From NCBI GenBank assembly GCA_021793405.1, contig JAJYSV010000016.1, forward strand, positions 5,184 through 69,183: a stretch of DNA of 64,000 bases. Direction: 5' to 3'. This stretch comes from Acidobacteriota bacterium (GTDB lineage: Bacteria; Acidobacteriota; Terriglobia; Terriglobales; Acidobacteriaceae). Below the pieces are notes generated by a model that saw only the letters and a list, made by a program, of their open reading frames with translations, did not search any database and was not told the origin of the DNA. Within the stretch, counting starts at the first letter, position 1, and each line of letters opens with the position of its first letter. Made by a program: the position numbers and the translations under genes. This document shows, in pieces, positions 48,410 to 57,952 of this stretch.

Positions 48410-49507
48410 TTACCGCTGTTGCAAGCCTGCTGTCAGTGCGTCGAGTGAAAGCGAGCGCAGCAGGTTGCGTCGCATGCCAGATTCCACCTCTACCATCCGC
48501 CGCACCGCGCGCTCAATCCAGTCGAACGAAACACTTTCAGCCAGGCGGCGAAGTTCCGGCAGCACGTCGATGTTGCGCACCATCTCAGGCCGCCCAGCTT
48601 GCAGCACCATCACGTCTTCCAACAACAGCGAAAGCGTGCGCAGCAAATCCTGAGTCTTTTGCTGACCCTCGGCCCCGGCGCGATACGTTTCGGTCACATG
48701 GAATAGCGCCGAATGGTCCGGCTCGACTATGGCCGTGTGCAACAAAAGCAGCGCATCCTTGCGGCTGGCAAGATAGGTATCCGGATGGAACGATATAGCG
48801 CGTCCAATCGCGCCTTCCGCCAATCGCGCCACCAGCGTGCGGCGAGCAGGCGGCCATTCCCGGTGATGCTGAGCGAGGATCTCTTCCAATCTGTCCATGG
48901 GGACAGCATGAAGGCGCATCTGGCTGCATCGGGAGCGGATGGTCGGCAACAGGTCCGACGGATTTTCCGCTAGTAGCAGCAGGTGCGTGTACTCCGGCGG
49001 CTCCTCCAGCACTTTCAGCAGCGAGTTCGCGGCCTCGCTCATAAACTTGGCGGTAGGGAAGATGTAGAGTTTCCGTTTGCCCTCCGACGGCGCCCGTTGC
49101 ACGTTGTGGATTAGCGAGCGAACCTGGCCTACCTTGACCAGCATCTGCGGCGGGTCCGGCGGTACCACCAGAACATCGGGATGCGTCTGGATCAGGATGC
49201 GCGTATCCTTGCGGTCGGCATCGCGCAGGTCTTCCCGCGCCTCCACTGCTTCCGCGACGCGCACATCGAGATCGAGCGCGGAGGCAATCCGGGTGCAGTT
49301 GTGGCAGACATCGCAGGCATCCGGCAATCCGTTGTAGGTTTGTGGATCGAGGCAATTCAGCGTCTGCGCCAGCGCTATCGCCAGCGAATATTTGCCCGCC
49401 CCACGCGGTCCGGAAAGCAAAATGGCATGAGGCAGCCGACCCGATGCGGCGCCTTCCTGCAGTTGCCGCGCCGTCGTTTCATTTCCGAGAAAGCTGCGGA
49501 AGTTCAC
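48410..49507 (-). CDS. holB: DNA polymerase III delta-prime subunit
   Basis: P-loop-like GPRGAGK, a Cys module (CDVCHNC), and AAA+ clamp-loader-like sequence. GTG start overlaps the P450 stop (GTGA 49504-49507). Confidence 0.85.
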   Translation of the reverse strand: MNFRSFLGNETTARQLQEGAASGRLPHAILLSGPRGAGKYSLAIALAQTLNCLDPQTYNGLPDACDVCHNCTRIASALDLDVRVAEAVEAREDLRDADRKDTRILIQTHPDVLVVPPDPPQMLVKVGQVRSLIHNVQRAPSEGKRKLYIFPTAKFMSEAANSLLKVLEEPPEYTHLLLLAENPSDLLPTIRSRCSQMRLHAVPMDRLEEILAQHHREWPPARRTLVARLAEGAIGRAISFHPDTYLASRKDALLLLHTAIVEPDHSALFHVTETYRAGAEGQQKTQDLLRTLSLLLEDVMVLQAGRPEMVRNIDVLPELRRLAESVSFDWIERAVRRMVEVESGMRRNLLRSLSLDALTAGLQQR

Positions 49508-50970
49508 ATTTCGAGCCTAGCAGAATCGGCTGTGCGTTCCTCGGCAACCATCTGCATAGGATATTTCGGACGCAGCGTGATTTTTGGCTGCACGTCGACC
49601 GCTTGTCCCGGCACCATGCGAAAGCGCCATCGCTGCGCCAGCGTTGCCAGAATCAGCACGCCTTCTATCCATGCGAAAGCCTCGCCGATGCACTGGCGTG
49701 AGCCGCCGCCAAATGGAAAGTAGGCGAATCGCGGTCGTGCCGCTTTCTGCTCCAGTGTGAAGCGCTCCGGATCGAACCGTAATGGGTCGGGATAGAATTC
49801 TTCGCTGCGCTGCAGAATGTATTGGCTGAAGAAAAAATAGGTGCCCGCCGGGAGCCGGTAGGGGCCAAGTTCAACTATCTGCGTGGACTGCCGTCCCATG
49901 GCCCACGCCGGTGGATAGAGCCGCATCGATTCCGCAAAGACCATCTCCGTATAGCGCAGGCGGGGCAAATCTTCCAGCGTGGGCAGTTTGCCCTGAAGCA
50001 CATCGTCAATTTCCCGCTTCATTCGCTCCTCGGCCGCCGGATTTTCTGACAGCAGATACCATGTCCAGGTCAGCGCGTTTGCTACCGTCTCATATCCGGC
50101 CAGAAAGATGGTGATGACTTCATCGCGCAGCTGCCGGTCGCTCATGCCAGTCGCCGGCGCACCGCGCGCGGACGACCCGGTGTCTTCTGTTTCATCCCGC
50201 CCAGCCAGCAGCATGGAGAGCAAATCGCCGCGGTCTTCATTCGCGGCTCGCCGCTCCGCAATCATGCGATACACCTGGGCATCCAGCCTCGCCCGCGCCT
50301 TGCGAAAACGTATCAGCCCTGGGATGGGCCAGCGGAGATAGTTCTCCGCCTTGGGCAACGCGATCAGGTAGTTGTAGAGGCGCATGATCACATTGACTTC
50401 ATCATTGATCTCTCGGATCGCCGCGGTCACGTCGGTCGCAAACAGGGTACGCGCGACAATCTCCAGCGTCAGTTCCATCATCGCAGCCGACATATCGAAG
50501 GTCTGTTCTGGTTTCCAGTTTGCACGCACGGCCGCGGCGCGTTCTACCATCATCTCCGCGTACTTCTGGATGCGCTGCCGGTGAAATGCGGGCGCCGCGA
50601 TGCGCCGCTGCCGCATGTGAAATTCCCCTTCGCTGGTGATCAATCCTTCGCCCAGCAGAATCTTCATGCGGTTCTGCGTGCGTTCTTTGATGAAGGCCGA
50701 GGCTTTTATGACGAAAATCTCGCGGATCAGTTCCGGATCGTTGATGAAAACGATGTTGCTGCCGCCCAGTTTGTAATGCGACACCGGACCGAAGCTTTTC
50801 ACCAGGTGTTCGAACAGAAGAATTGGATTTCCAGGTCGAAAAAAACGGCGGAACAAATAGAGCGGCAGGTTGCGCTTCAATCCCGGCGGAAAACGAAACT
50901 CGCCTTCCAGTCGAACTCGCCGCTCCCCCGGGGATTCGACGGAATTCGTAATTGGAGCTTGCGTGGTCAT
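49504..50970 (-). CDS. cytochrome P450
   Basis: I-helix [14 protein letters not shown], ExxR (ESMRLYPP), heme-Cys loop [16 protein letters not shown]. Confidence 0.9.
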   Translation of the reverse strand: MTTQAPITNSVESPGERRVRLEGEFRFPPGLKRNLPLYLFRRFFRPGNPILLFEHLVKSFGPVSHYKLGGSNIVFINDPELIREIFVIKASAFIKERTQNRMKILLGEGLITSEGEFHMRQRRIAAPAFHRQRIQKYAEMMVERAAAVRANWKPEQTFDMSAAMMELTLEIVARTLFATDVTAAIREINDEVNVIMRLYNYLIALPKAENYLRWPIPGLIRFRKARARLDAQVYRMIAERRAANEDRGDLLSMLLAGRDETEDTGSSARGAPATGMSDRQLRDEVITIFLAGYETVANALTWTWYLLSENPAAEERMKREIDDVLQGKLPTLEDLPRLRYTEMVFAESMRLYPPAWAMGRQSTQIVELGPYRLPAGTYFFFSQYILQRSEEFYPDPLRFDPERFTLEQKAARPRFAYFPFGGGSRQCIGEAFAWIEGVLILATLAQRWRFRMVPGQAVDVQPKITLRPKYPMQMVAEERTADSARLEM

Positions 50971-51010
50971 GAAAGGAAGCAGGGGACTGGTAGCGTTGAA
51001 GTTCGACCCA

Positions 51011-51673
51011 TTACGATGCGGCTTGACGCGTCAGTCGCCCCTCGACAATTTCCACAATACGCTTTTCAATCGTCTCGACCGAGGCGTCTTCCGAGATGGT
51101 GACCACACGCAGACTTTCCCGGGCCCCAATTTCCTGATACTTCAAAAACACCCGCTCGTAGAAGGCGCGTCCTTCGCCCTCGAAGCGATTTTCATCCGTT
51201 CCCTGTGCCAGTTGGCGGCCATTGCGCCTGCGAGCGCGGGCCAGCGACGCATCCAAACTCGGCAACAACAAAATTGTGAGATCGGGCCAAAGATCGTCGC
51301 AGACCGTGCAATGCAAGGCGAGCACGCGTTCACTCCCCAGCTCGCGCCCACCCCCCTGGTATGCCTCCGTCGAGTCGGTAAAGCGATCGCAGAGAACTAT
51401 CTTTCCCTCCGCCAGCGCCGGTTTAATGATCGCTTGAATGGACTGCGCGCGATCGGCAAACATCAAGGCCATCTCCGCCAGAGGCGCTACATTCAGCGTT
51501 GAGGAGTTCAGCAGAATGGCCCGAATCTGATCGCCCAGTTCTGTCCCACCCGGCTGTCGCGTCGTCGTCACATCTCGTCCGCTGGCTTGTAAGGTGCGGG
51601 CCAGCAGCCTCATCTGGGTGGATTTTCCCGAGCCATCCAACCCTTCGAACGTGATAAAAAATCCGCGCGGCAT
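51011..51673 (-). CDS. tmk: thymidylate kinase
   Basis: FITFEGLDGSGKSTQ P-loop and dTMP-kinase-like sequence. Confidence 0.9.
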   Translation of the reverse strand: MPRGFFITFEGLDGSGKSTQMRLLARTLQASGRDVTTTRQPGGTELGDQIRAILLNSSTLNVAPLAEMALMFADRAQSIQAIIKPALAEGKIVLCDRFTDSTEAYQGGGRELGSERVLALHCTVCDDLWPDLTILLLPSLDASLARARRRNGRQLAQGTDENRFEGEGRAFYERVFLKYQEIGARESLRVVTISEDASVETIEKRIVEIVEGRLTRQAAS

Positions 51674-51749
51674 GGCGGGAGTGTATCACTGCGGCTGGGC
51701 ACGCGTGGAAACACTCCCTGGGTTGGAACAGATTTGAGAAAATCGTTGC

Positions 51750-52298
51750 ATGGCTTTGCAATTCACAACTTCATACCTTGAAGATTCGCATCGCCTGCTT
51801 CGCTACTACAAGGAATTGGCCGAAGGCGCTCTCAATCAAGTCACAGATGAACAGATGTACGCGTTGCTGGATGAGGACGCAAATTCCATCGCGGTTGTGA
51901 TGAAACACATGGCAGGCAACATGAAATCGCGCTGGACTCACTTTCTTTCCGAAGACGGGGAAAAGCCGTGGCGCAATCGCGACACCGAATTCGAACACCC
52001 TCCTGCAACACGACAAGCGCTTTTACAGCTGTGGGAAGAAGGCTGGGCGTGTGTGTTCGTGGCGCTAAAATCCTTAACCGACGCGGATTTGGGCCAGACC
52101 GTCACAATCCGCGGAGAGTCGCATTCCATCATGCAGGCCATCAACCGGCAGATCGCGCATTATTCCTATCATTGTGGCCAGATCGTCCTGCTGGCCAAGC
52201 ATTTTCAGCACGCTCAGTGGAAATCTCTCACCGTACCACGGGGCAAGTCGGAGGAATTCAACGCGAAAGTAAAGGCAGGCCAAGCCAGTCAACCGTAG
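51750..52298 (+). CDS. DinB-superfamily protein (DUF1572-like)
   Basis: 182 aa, four-helix-bundle-type sequence with conserved His (MKHMAGNM..., IAHYSYHCGQIVLL). Confidence 0.6.
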   Translation: MALQFTTSYLEDSHRLLRYYKELAEGALNQVTDEQMYALLDEDANSIAVVMKHMAGNMKSRWTHFLSEDGEKPWRNRDTEFEHPPATRQALLQLWEEGWACVFVALKSLTDADLGQTVTIRGESHSIMQAINRQIAHYSYHCGQIVLLAKHFQHAQWKSLTVPRGKSEEFNAKVKAGQASQP

Positions 52299-52376
52299 AG
52301 ATGTTCTTCGCGGCTGCTGAACAGCGCTGCTTTACACTGATCTTTCATCTTCATCCTCGCAAACTTCAGGAGTTCT

Positions 52377-54278
52377 ATGCGCCCATCAACTAATCTAGCC
52401 TTGGTCGGGCTTACCCTGGCAGCCGCGTTCCCGCTCATCTGTTCCGCCCAATCCAGCCAGCCCAACTCCACGGCTCCCATCACGATTACGGTCGATGCCA
52501 CCGATGCGCCCCGCAAGATGCTGCACGCTGACCTCGTCATCCCGGTGAAACCCGGCGACCTCACCCTGATCTACGCGAAATGGATTCCCGGCGAGCACGA
52601 AGCATCCGGTCCAGTCGACAACCTTGCCGGTATTATCATCCAGGCCAACGGCAAGACGCTCCCTTGGCAGCGCGACAGCGTTGATATGTTTAAGTTTCAC
52701 GTGCATGTGCCGCAAGGCGTAACGGAACTGAAAGTCCATGACGACTTTCTCGCGACGGCGTATCCCACCGGATTTTCCTCCGGCGCCTCGACCAGCGAAA
52801 ACCTCGCAATGATCAGCTGGAATGAGGTGATGCTGTGGCCCGAAGTCCCTTCGGCGAAGGACGTTCTGGTTACGCCCACCGTCACACTGCCGCAAGGCTG
52901 GAAGTTCGCCACCGCGCTGACCACATCCGGCCACGACGGGAATACAACCCATTTCGCGACCGTTCCCTTGAATGAATTGGTGGATTCGCCCGTGCTCTCC
53001 GGCCGCTACTTCCGAGAGATTTCCTTGGCGCCGGAGATTTCCCCGAAGCATTATCTCGACCTGGCCGCCGACGGCCCGGAAGATCTGGAAGTCCCGCAGC
53101 AAATGCTGGCAGGATTCAACGATCTGGTGCGTCAAGCCAGCGCGCTCTACCAGTCCCATCACTATGGCAGCTATCACTTTCTGATGACGCTCAGCGATCA
53201 GGTTGCGCACTTCGGCCTGGAGCATCATCAATCGAATGATGACCGAGTGCCCGAGAAGACGTTCCTCGATCCGAATATGGACGCGTTGGAAGCTGGTCTG
53301 TTGCCGCACGAATTTACCCACTCCTGGAATGGAAAATATCGCCGTCCTGAAGGGCTGCTTTCGCCAGATTTCCAGACGCCGATGAAGGGCAATCTGCTGT
53401 GGGTGTATGAAGGGCTAACGACCTACCTCGGCGATGTGCTCACCGCACGCAGCGGCCTTTGGACTGATGACCAGTATCGCGAGGCGCTGGCGAACTCTGC
53501 CGCGATCATGGACAATCGACCCGGCCGCACCTGGCGCGATCTGCAGGATACCGCCACCGCCGCGCAAATCTTATATAGCACCGGAGATCGATGGGACAAT
53601 TGGCGGCGAAATGTGGACTACTATCCCGAAGGGGAACTGATCTGGCTCGAAGCCGATACCATCATCCGCCAGAAAAGCCATGGCAAGAAGTCGCTCAATG
53701 ACTTCTGTGCCGGCTTTCTTGGCCTCGGCGGCAATACAGGTCCAATCACTGTGCCATACACATTCCAGGACATTGTTGACAACCTGAATGCAGTCCAGCC
53801 CTACGACTGGGCCAGTTTCCTGACTGACCGCCTCACCACCAAGGTCGATCATGCACCGCTTGGCGGTATCGAGAACGGCGGCTATCGACTGGTTTACACC
53901 GATACGCCGAACTCCATGGAGCAGGCGCGCGAAGCGGAGACGGGTGTGGACGCGTGGTACTCCCTTGGCCTGCATATCTCTCATAACGGCGTACTGAGAG
54001 ATGTGCTGTTCTATTCGCTGGCATACAAGGCGGATTTAGGTCCGGATATGACGATCGTCGCAGTGAATGGACGCCAATATACCGACGCCTTGATGCACGA
54101 TGTCATCCGCAATTCCAAAACCGCCCAGACACCCATCGAGCTGATCGTTGAGAACACCGGCTATTATCGCGTCGTCCAGATCGACTACCACGGAGGCGAA
54201 CGATATCCGCATTTGGAGCGCGTCGAGTCGAAGCCCGATCTGCTGGACCAGATTCTGCAACCTTTGCCCGTGCATTGA
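52377..54278 (+). CDS. M61-family (glycyl aminopeptidase-like) metallopeptidase, secreted
   Basis: Signal peptide, HEFTHSWNGKYRRP zinc motif, C-terminal PDZ-like region. Confidence 0.75.
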   Translation: MRPSTNLALVGLTLAAAFPLICSAQSSQPNSTAPITITVDATDAPRKMLHADLVIPVKPGDLTLIYAKWIPGEHEASGPVDNLAGIIIQANGKTLPWQRDSVDMFKFHVHVPQGVTELKVHDDFLATAYPTGFSSGASTSENLAMISWNEVMLWPEVPSAKDVLVTPTVTLPQGWKFATALTTSGHDGNTTHFATVPLNELVDSPVLSGRYFREISLAPEISPKHYLDLAADGPEDLEVPQQMLAGFNDLVRQASALYQSHHYGSYHFLMTLSDQVAHFGLEHHQSNDDRVPEKTFLDPNMDALEAGLLPHEFTHSWNGKYRRPEGLLSPDFQTPMKGNLLWVYEGLTTYLGDVLTARSGLWTDDQYREALANSAAIMDNRPGRTWRDLQDTATAAQILYSTGDRWDNWRRNVDYYPEGELIWLEADTIIRQKSHGKKSLNDFCAGFLGLGGNTGPITVPYTFQDIVDNLNAVQPYDWASFLTDRLTTKVDHAPLGGIENGGYRLVYTDTPNSMEQAREAETGVDAWYSLGLHISHNGVLRDVLFYSLAYKADLGPDMTIVAVNGRQYTDALMHDVIRNSKTAQTPIELIVENTGYYRVVQIDYHGGERYPHLERVESKPDLLDQILQPLPVH

Positions 54279-54373
54279 AACGGTAACGATGTTCATTGCC
54301 TATGCCGCCGTTCTCAGTCTATGGGAGCGGCGTTTTCCTGTATGCTGCAATGGAATTGATGAGGACACGAAAA

Positions 54374-56197
54374 ATGTCGCTCCCAACACGCCTCTACTGT
54401 GGTGCAGTGCTTGCAGCAATGTTTCTTGCCGGTCTTGAACTCTATGCTCAGCCCGCGCAATTGCTGGTCGATGCCGACCACCGGACCGCGATCAGCCTGG
54501 ATGGAACCTGGCACGCCATTGTGGATCCGTACGGCAAGGGACTGTATGCTTCCGACGGCAGCGTTTTACAGCACGGCTACGGCGAAAACCGCCAGCCAAA
54601 ATCGAAAGCCGATCTGGTCGAATACAGCTTTGCGAAGAGCCCCACGCTCCAGGTTCCCGGCGATTGGAACACGCAACGCAAAGACCTGTTCTTCTACGAA
54701 GGCGTGGTTTGGTATCAGAAAGATTTCGCTTACACGCCGAAACCGCGCACGCGTGCGTTTCTCCACATTGGAGCGGCCAATTATCGCGCCTATGTCTTCG
54801 TCAACGGAACCAAGATCTGCCAGCATGAGGGAGGTTTCACTCCCTTCGATTGCGAAGCGACGAGTGTGCTGCACGGTGGCCACAATTTTGTCGTGATCGC
54901 TGTCGACAACACGCGCCTGCGGGATGGCGTTCCCGCGTTGAGGACAGATTGGTGGAACTATGGAGGGCTGACGCGCGATGTTTCGCTGATCGACGTGCCG
55001 GAGCAGTATATCGACGACTACGACTTGCACTTGCAGCGCGATACTACGACGGGAATCGCGGGCTACGTCCACGTGCAGGGCGCGTCCGCGGGAGAGCCGG
55101 TGGTGGTGCGCATTCCGCAGGCAGGCATTGTGCGGAAAGCCATGACAGATGCATCCGGTCGCGCAGAGATTTCACTCCATGCGCCGAAATTGGAATTGTG
55201 GGCACCCGAGCATCCAAAACTGTATCGTGTCGAAATTCAGGCAGGGAGCGACCATCTCAGCGACGAGATTGGCTTCCGCACCATTGAGGTTCGTGGCACG
55301 GAGATTCTTCTGAATGGCACGCCGATCTTTCTGCGCGGCGTTTCCATCCATGGAGAAGCGCCCATCCGTGGCGGCCGTCCCACCAGCGAAAAAGATGATG
55401 AGACGCTTTTGCGATGGGCGAAAGAAATGGGCGTAAATTTTGTGCGCCTGCCCCATTACCCGCAGAGCGCCCGCATGTTGCGGCTTGCGGACCGCATGGG
55501 CATTATGGTGTGGGAAGAAGTGCCTGTCTACTGGGCCATCGAGTTCGACAATCCACTGGTGCTGACCAAAGCCCAGCAGCAACTGCACGAGATCATTCGG
55601 CGCGATCGGGACAAGGCGTCAGTCATTTTCTGGTCCGTCGCCAACGAAACGCCGGTCAATCCGGCGAGGAATGCATTCCTGGAATCGTTGATCTCGTCCG
55701 CGCGGGCGCAGGACGGCACGCGTCTGGTCACCGCCGCCATGCTGTCCTCCATGCATGGGAACGAGATTCAAGTCAACGACCCGCTTGGCGTGTACCTCGA
55801 CGTCGTCAGCTTCAATGAATATGCGGGATGGTATCAAGGCTCGGCGGACGACGTCGGCAAAATCAAGATCACCTCCATCTATCAAAAGCCGTTATTGTTG
55901 AGCGAGTTTGGCGCAGGCGCCAAGGCCGGTTTCCACGCCGACGTTCAAACTCGATGGAGCGAAGAATTTCAGGCCAATGTATATCGTCAACAATTGACGA
56001 TGCTACGCGGCGTGAAGAACTTGCGCGGCATCTGCCCGTGGCTGCTGGTAGATTTTCATTCACCCATGCGCGAGCTTCCCGGCATACAGGATTTCTACAA
56101 CCGCAAGGGACTCATCTCCGATCAAGGTCAGAAAAAACAGGCCTATTTCGTGATGCAAAAGGCGTATTTGCAGCGGACCGTTGGCAACGCGCAATAA
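54374..56197 (+). CDS. glycoside hydrolase family 2 (beta-glucuronidase/beta-galactosidase-like), secreted
   Basis: WSVANE (acid/base region), NEYAGWY, LSEFGAG (nucleophile region). ATG 54374 after GAGGA gives a signal peptide. Confidence 0.8.
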   Translation: MSLPTRLYCGAVLAAMFLAGLELYAQPAQLLVDADHRTAISLDGTWHAIVDPYGKGLYASDGSVLQHGYGENRQPKSKADLVEYSFAKSPTLQVPGDWNTQRKDLFFYEGVVWYQKDFAYTPKPRTRAFLHIGAANYRAYVFVNGTKICQHEGGFTPFDCEATSVLHGGHNFVVIAVDNTRLRDGVPALRTDWWNYGGLTRDVSLIDVPEQYIDDYDLHLQRDTTTGIAGYVHVQGASAGEPVVVRIPQAGIVRKAMTDASGRAEISLHAPKLELWAPEHPKLYRVEIQAGSDHLSDEIGFRTIEVRGTEILLNGTPIFLRGVSIHGEAPIRGGRPTSEKDDETLLRWAKEMGVNFVRLPHYPQSARMLRLADRMGIMVWEEVPVYWAIEFDNPLVLTKAQQQLHEIIRRDRDKASVIFWSVANETPVNPARNAFLESLISSARAQDGTRLVTAAMLSSMHGNEIQVNDPLGVYLDVVSFNEYAGWYQGSADDVGKIKITSIYQKPLLLSEFGAGAKAGFHADVQTRWSEEFQANVYRQQLTMLRGVKNLRGICPWLLVDFHSPMRELPGIQDFYNRKGLISDQGQKKQAYFVMQKAYLQRTVGNAQ

Positions 56198-56305
56198 CCC
56201 ATCGAACGCGGTTTACGGCAAGCGCGCTCCCTCCCGCTCCAGCCTTCGCCGATACAACATCGGGATAACGCTCTGACCTGTGATCTGGTGTCAGGTGTCA
56301 CATCA

Positions 56306-56321
56306 CGTGACCTAGGTCACT
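56306..56321. promoter_or_regulatory. Crp/Fnr-type palindrome GTGA-N6-TCAC inside a TGACCT repeat cluster upstream of the DUF4382-like gene
   Basis: CGTGACCTAGGTCACT, containing the perfect 12-bp palindrome TGACCTAGGTCA (56308-56319). TGACCT also occurs at 56274 and 56321. Site centre is 120 nt upstream of ATG 56434. Confidence 0.45.
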
Positions 56322-56433
56322 GACCTAAGGTCTCGCGACGGCCACACTACTTGTGCAGGCGATGAAGAGAGTTGGCGAACGTCGATTTTTCATGGCCCTG
56401 CGTTCGGCAACAGTTGTGGTAGGGAGAAGGACC

Positions 56434-57871
56434 ATGAAACGATCTGCAACAGCAAGATGGGCCGGATGTACGTTGCTGACCCTCGCAATGGCAACCGCAG
56501 GCACAATCGGGTGCGGCAGTGGTTCAACCTCCAGCACCGGCACAACTCCGCCCATAACGCCCACGGCTGCATCGACGGCTGTGCTGGTGAACATGGGCGA
56601 CACTCCCTCGGACTCGGTTCTGGAGTGCGCGGTGACCATCAGCGCGATGAGTTTTACCAATACGTCCGGAACCAGCGCACCCGTGACCATCGCCACCCCT
56701 ATGACGATGGAACTGGCGCACCTGCGGGGGACGGTGGCTCCGCTCATGATGCAGTCCATTCCGCAGGGAACATACAATGCGATGTCGATCACACTGTCCT
56801 CGGCGACCATCACTTCCATGACATCGTCGCATAGCCCGGTCCAGCAGGTTTTTTCCACGCCAATGACTGTCAATATTCCGTTAAGCACTCCGCTCACGGT
56901 GGGCAGCAACGCCATGGTGATGAACCTGGATCTGAATCTCGCCACTTCCGTGGGGACCGGTTCTGGCGGAGCGATCACCTTTACTCCGGCGTTTGACGCA
57001 TCCGCCGAAACCGCCACTGGGAATGCCAGCGCGACGCCGGAACAAGGCGGCATGATGCAGGTAGTTGGCAACGTCGGGCATCTCGAGCAGCACCTTTACC
57101 ATGGGCACGCTGCAGGGAATGTCGATGTCCCTGGCGACCGGCAGCAATACGCAATACCAGGGAATGAATGGGCAGACGATATCCAACATGGGAATGATGA
57201 GCAACGGCCAGATCATGACGGTGAACGCAACACTGCAACCCGGTGGCACTTGGACGGCAAATTCAGTCACGGCCATGATGGGGTCCGGCGGAGCGATGTC
57301 GATCGGGATGATCACCGCGACGACCGGAAGTTCGGTGACGCAACTGACCATGTTTCCGGACAATGGCATCGGCGCAGGCATGATGGCGTCGCTGCTGGCC
57401 AATGGCATGACGGTCAACGTGGGCGGCACCGCCACCTACGGTATCGACGATGTGGGCGTGTCGATGTCCGGGTTGCCGATTACGCCGCAGTTCGACGCGT
57501 CTCATATGGCCGCCGGTCAGAACATTGCAGCGGTGGGCTCTGGAGCCATGTCCTCCGGCGGCGGCATGATGGGCGGTGGCGGCTTTATGAACATGGGCAG
57601 TATGACCGCGGCCGGCTTCGAACTGGAGCCGCAGGGCCTGAGCGGGACCGTCGCCAGTGCCTCCGGCAGCGGCTTTACGCTTAGCCTGCCGTCGGATTCG
57701 GCCTTTACCCTGTTGACGGGAGCCACCAGCGTACCCGTCTACCAGACCGCGCAAACGCAGATGAAGGGACTTACCGCCGTTGCGAATGGCCAGAATGTCG
57801 CGGTCTACGGCTACTTGTTCTATAACGCCGGAAGCTACAACTTTGTCGCCATGCAGATCACCGCAATGTGA
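56434..57871 (+). pseudogene. DUF4382-like lipoprotein with Met/Gly-rich C-terminal half, interrupted by a +1 frameshift at GGG 57076-57078 (or sequencing error)
   Basis: Lipobox MKRSATARWAGCTLLTLAMATAGTIGC after AGGGAGAAGG. Frame 1 turns into R/H/D-rich nonsense after ...MMQVVGNVG, while frame 2 (57065-57871) continues as ...ISSSTFTMGTLQGMSM... Deleting one G restores VVGNVGISSSTFTM. Confidence 0.6.
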
Positions 57872-57952
57872 AAATGCTTTCGCCCAACGTGTCCATGTAA
57901 GGCACCACCCCGTCCGATCGATCTTTATTGGAAATTTTAAGGAAGATTACAG

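Noticed and set aside
56325-57684. Minus-strand ORF 56325-57071, and the R/H/D-rich tail of plus-strand ORF 56353-57684
   Set aside because: The tail (GHAAGNVDVPGDRQQY...RRHDGRWRLYEH...) is the out-of-frame reading of the Met/Gly-rich continuation found in frame 2. The minus-strand ORF is its antisense shadow.
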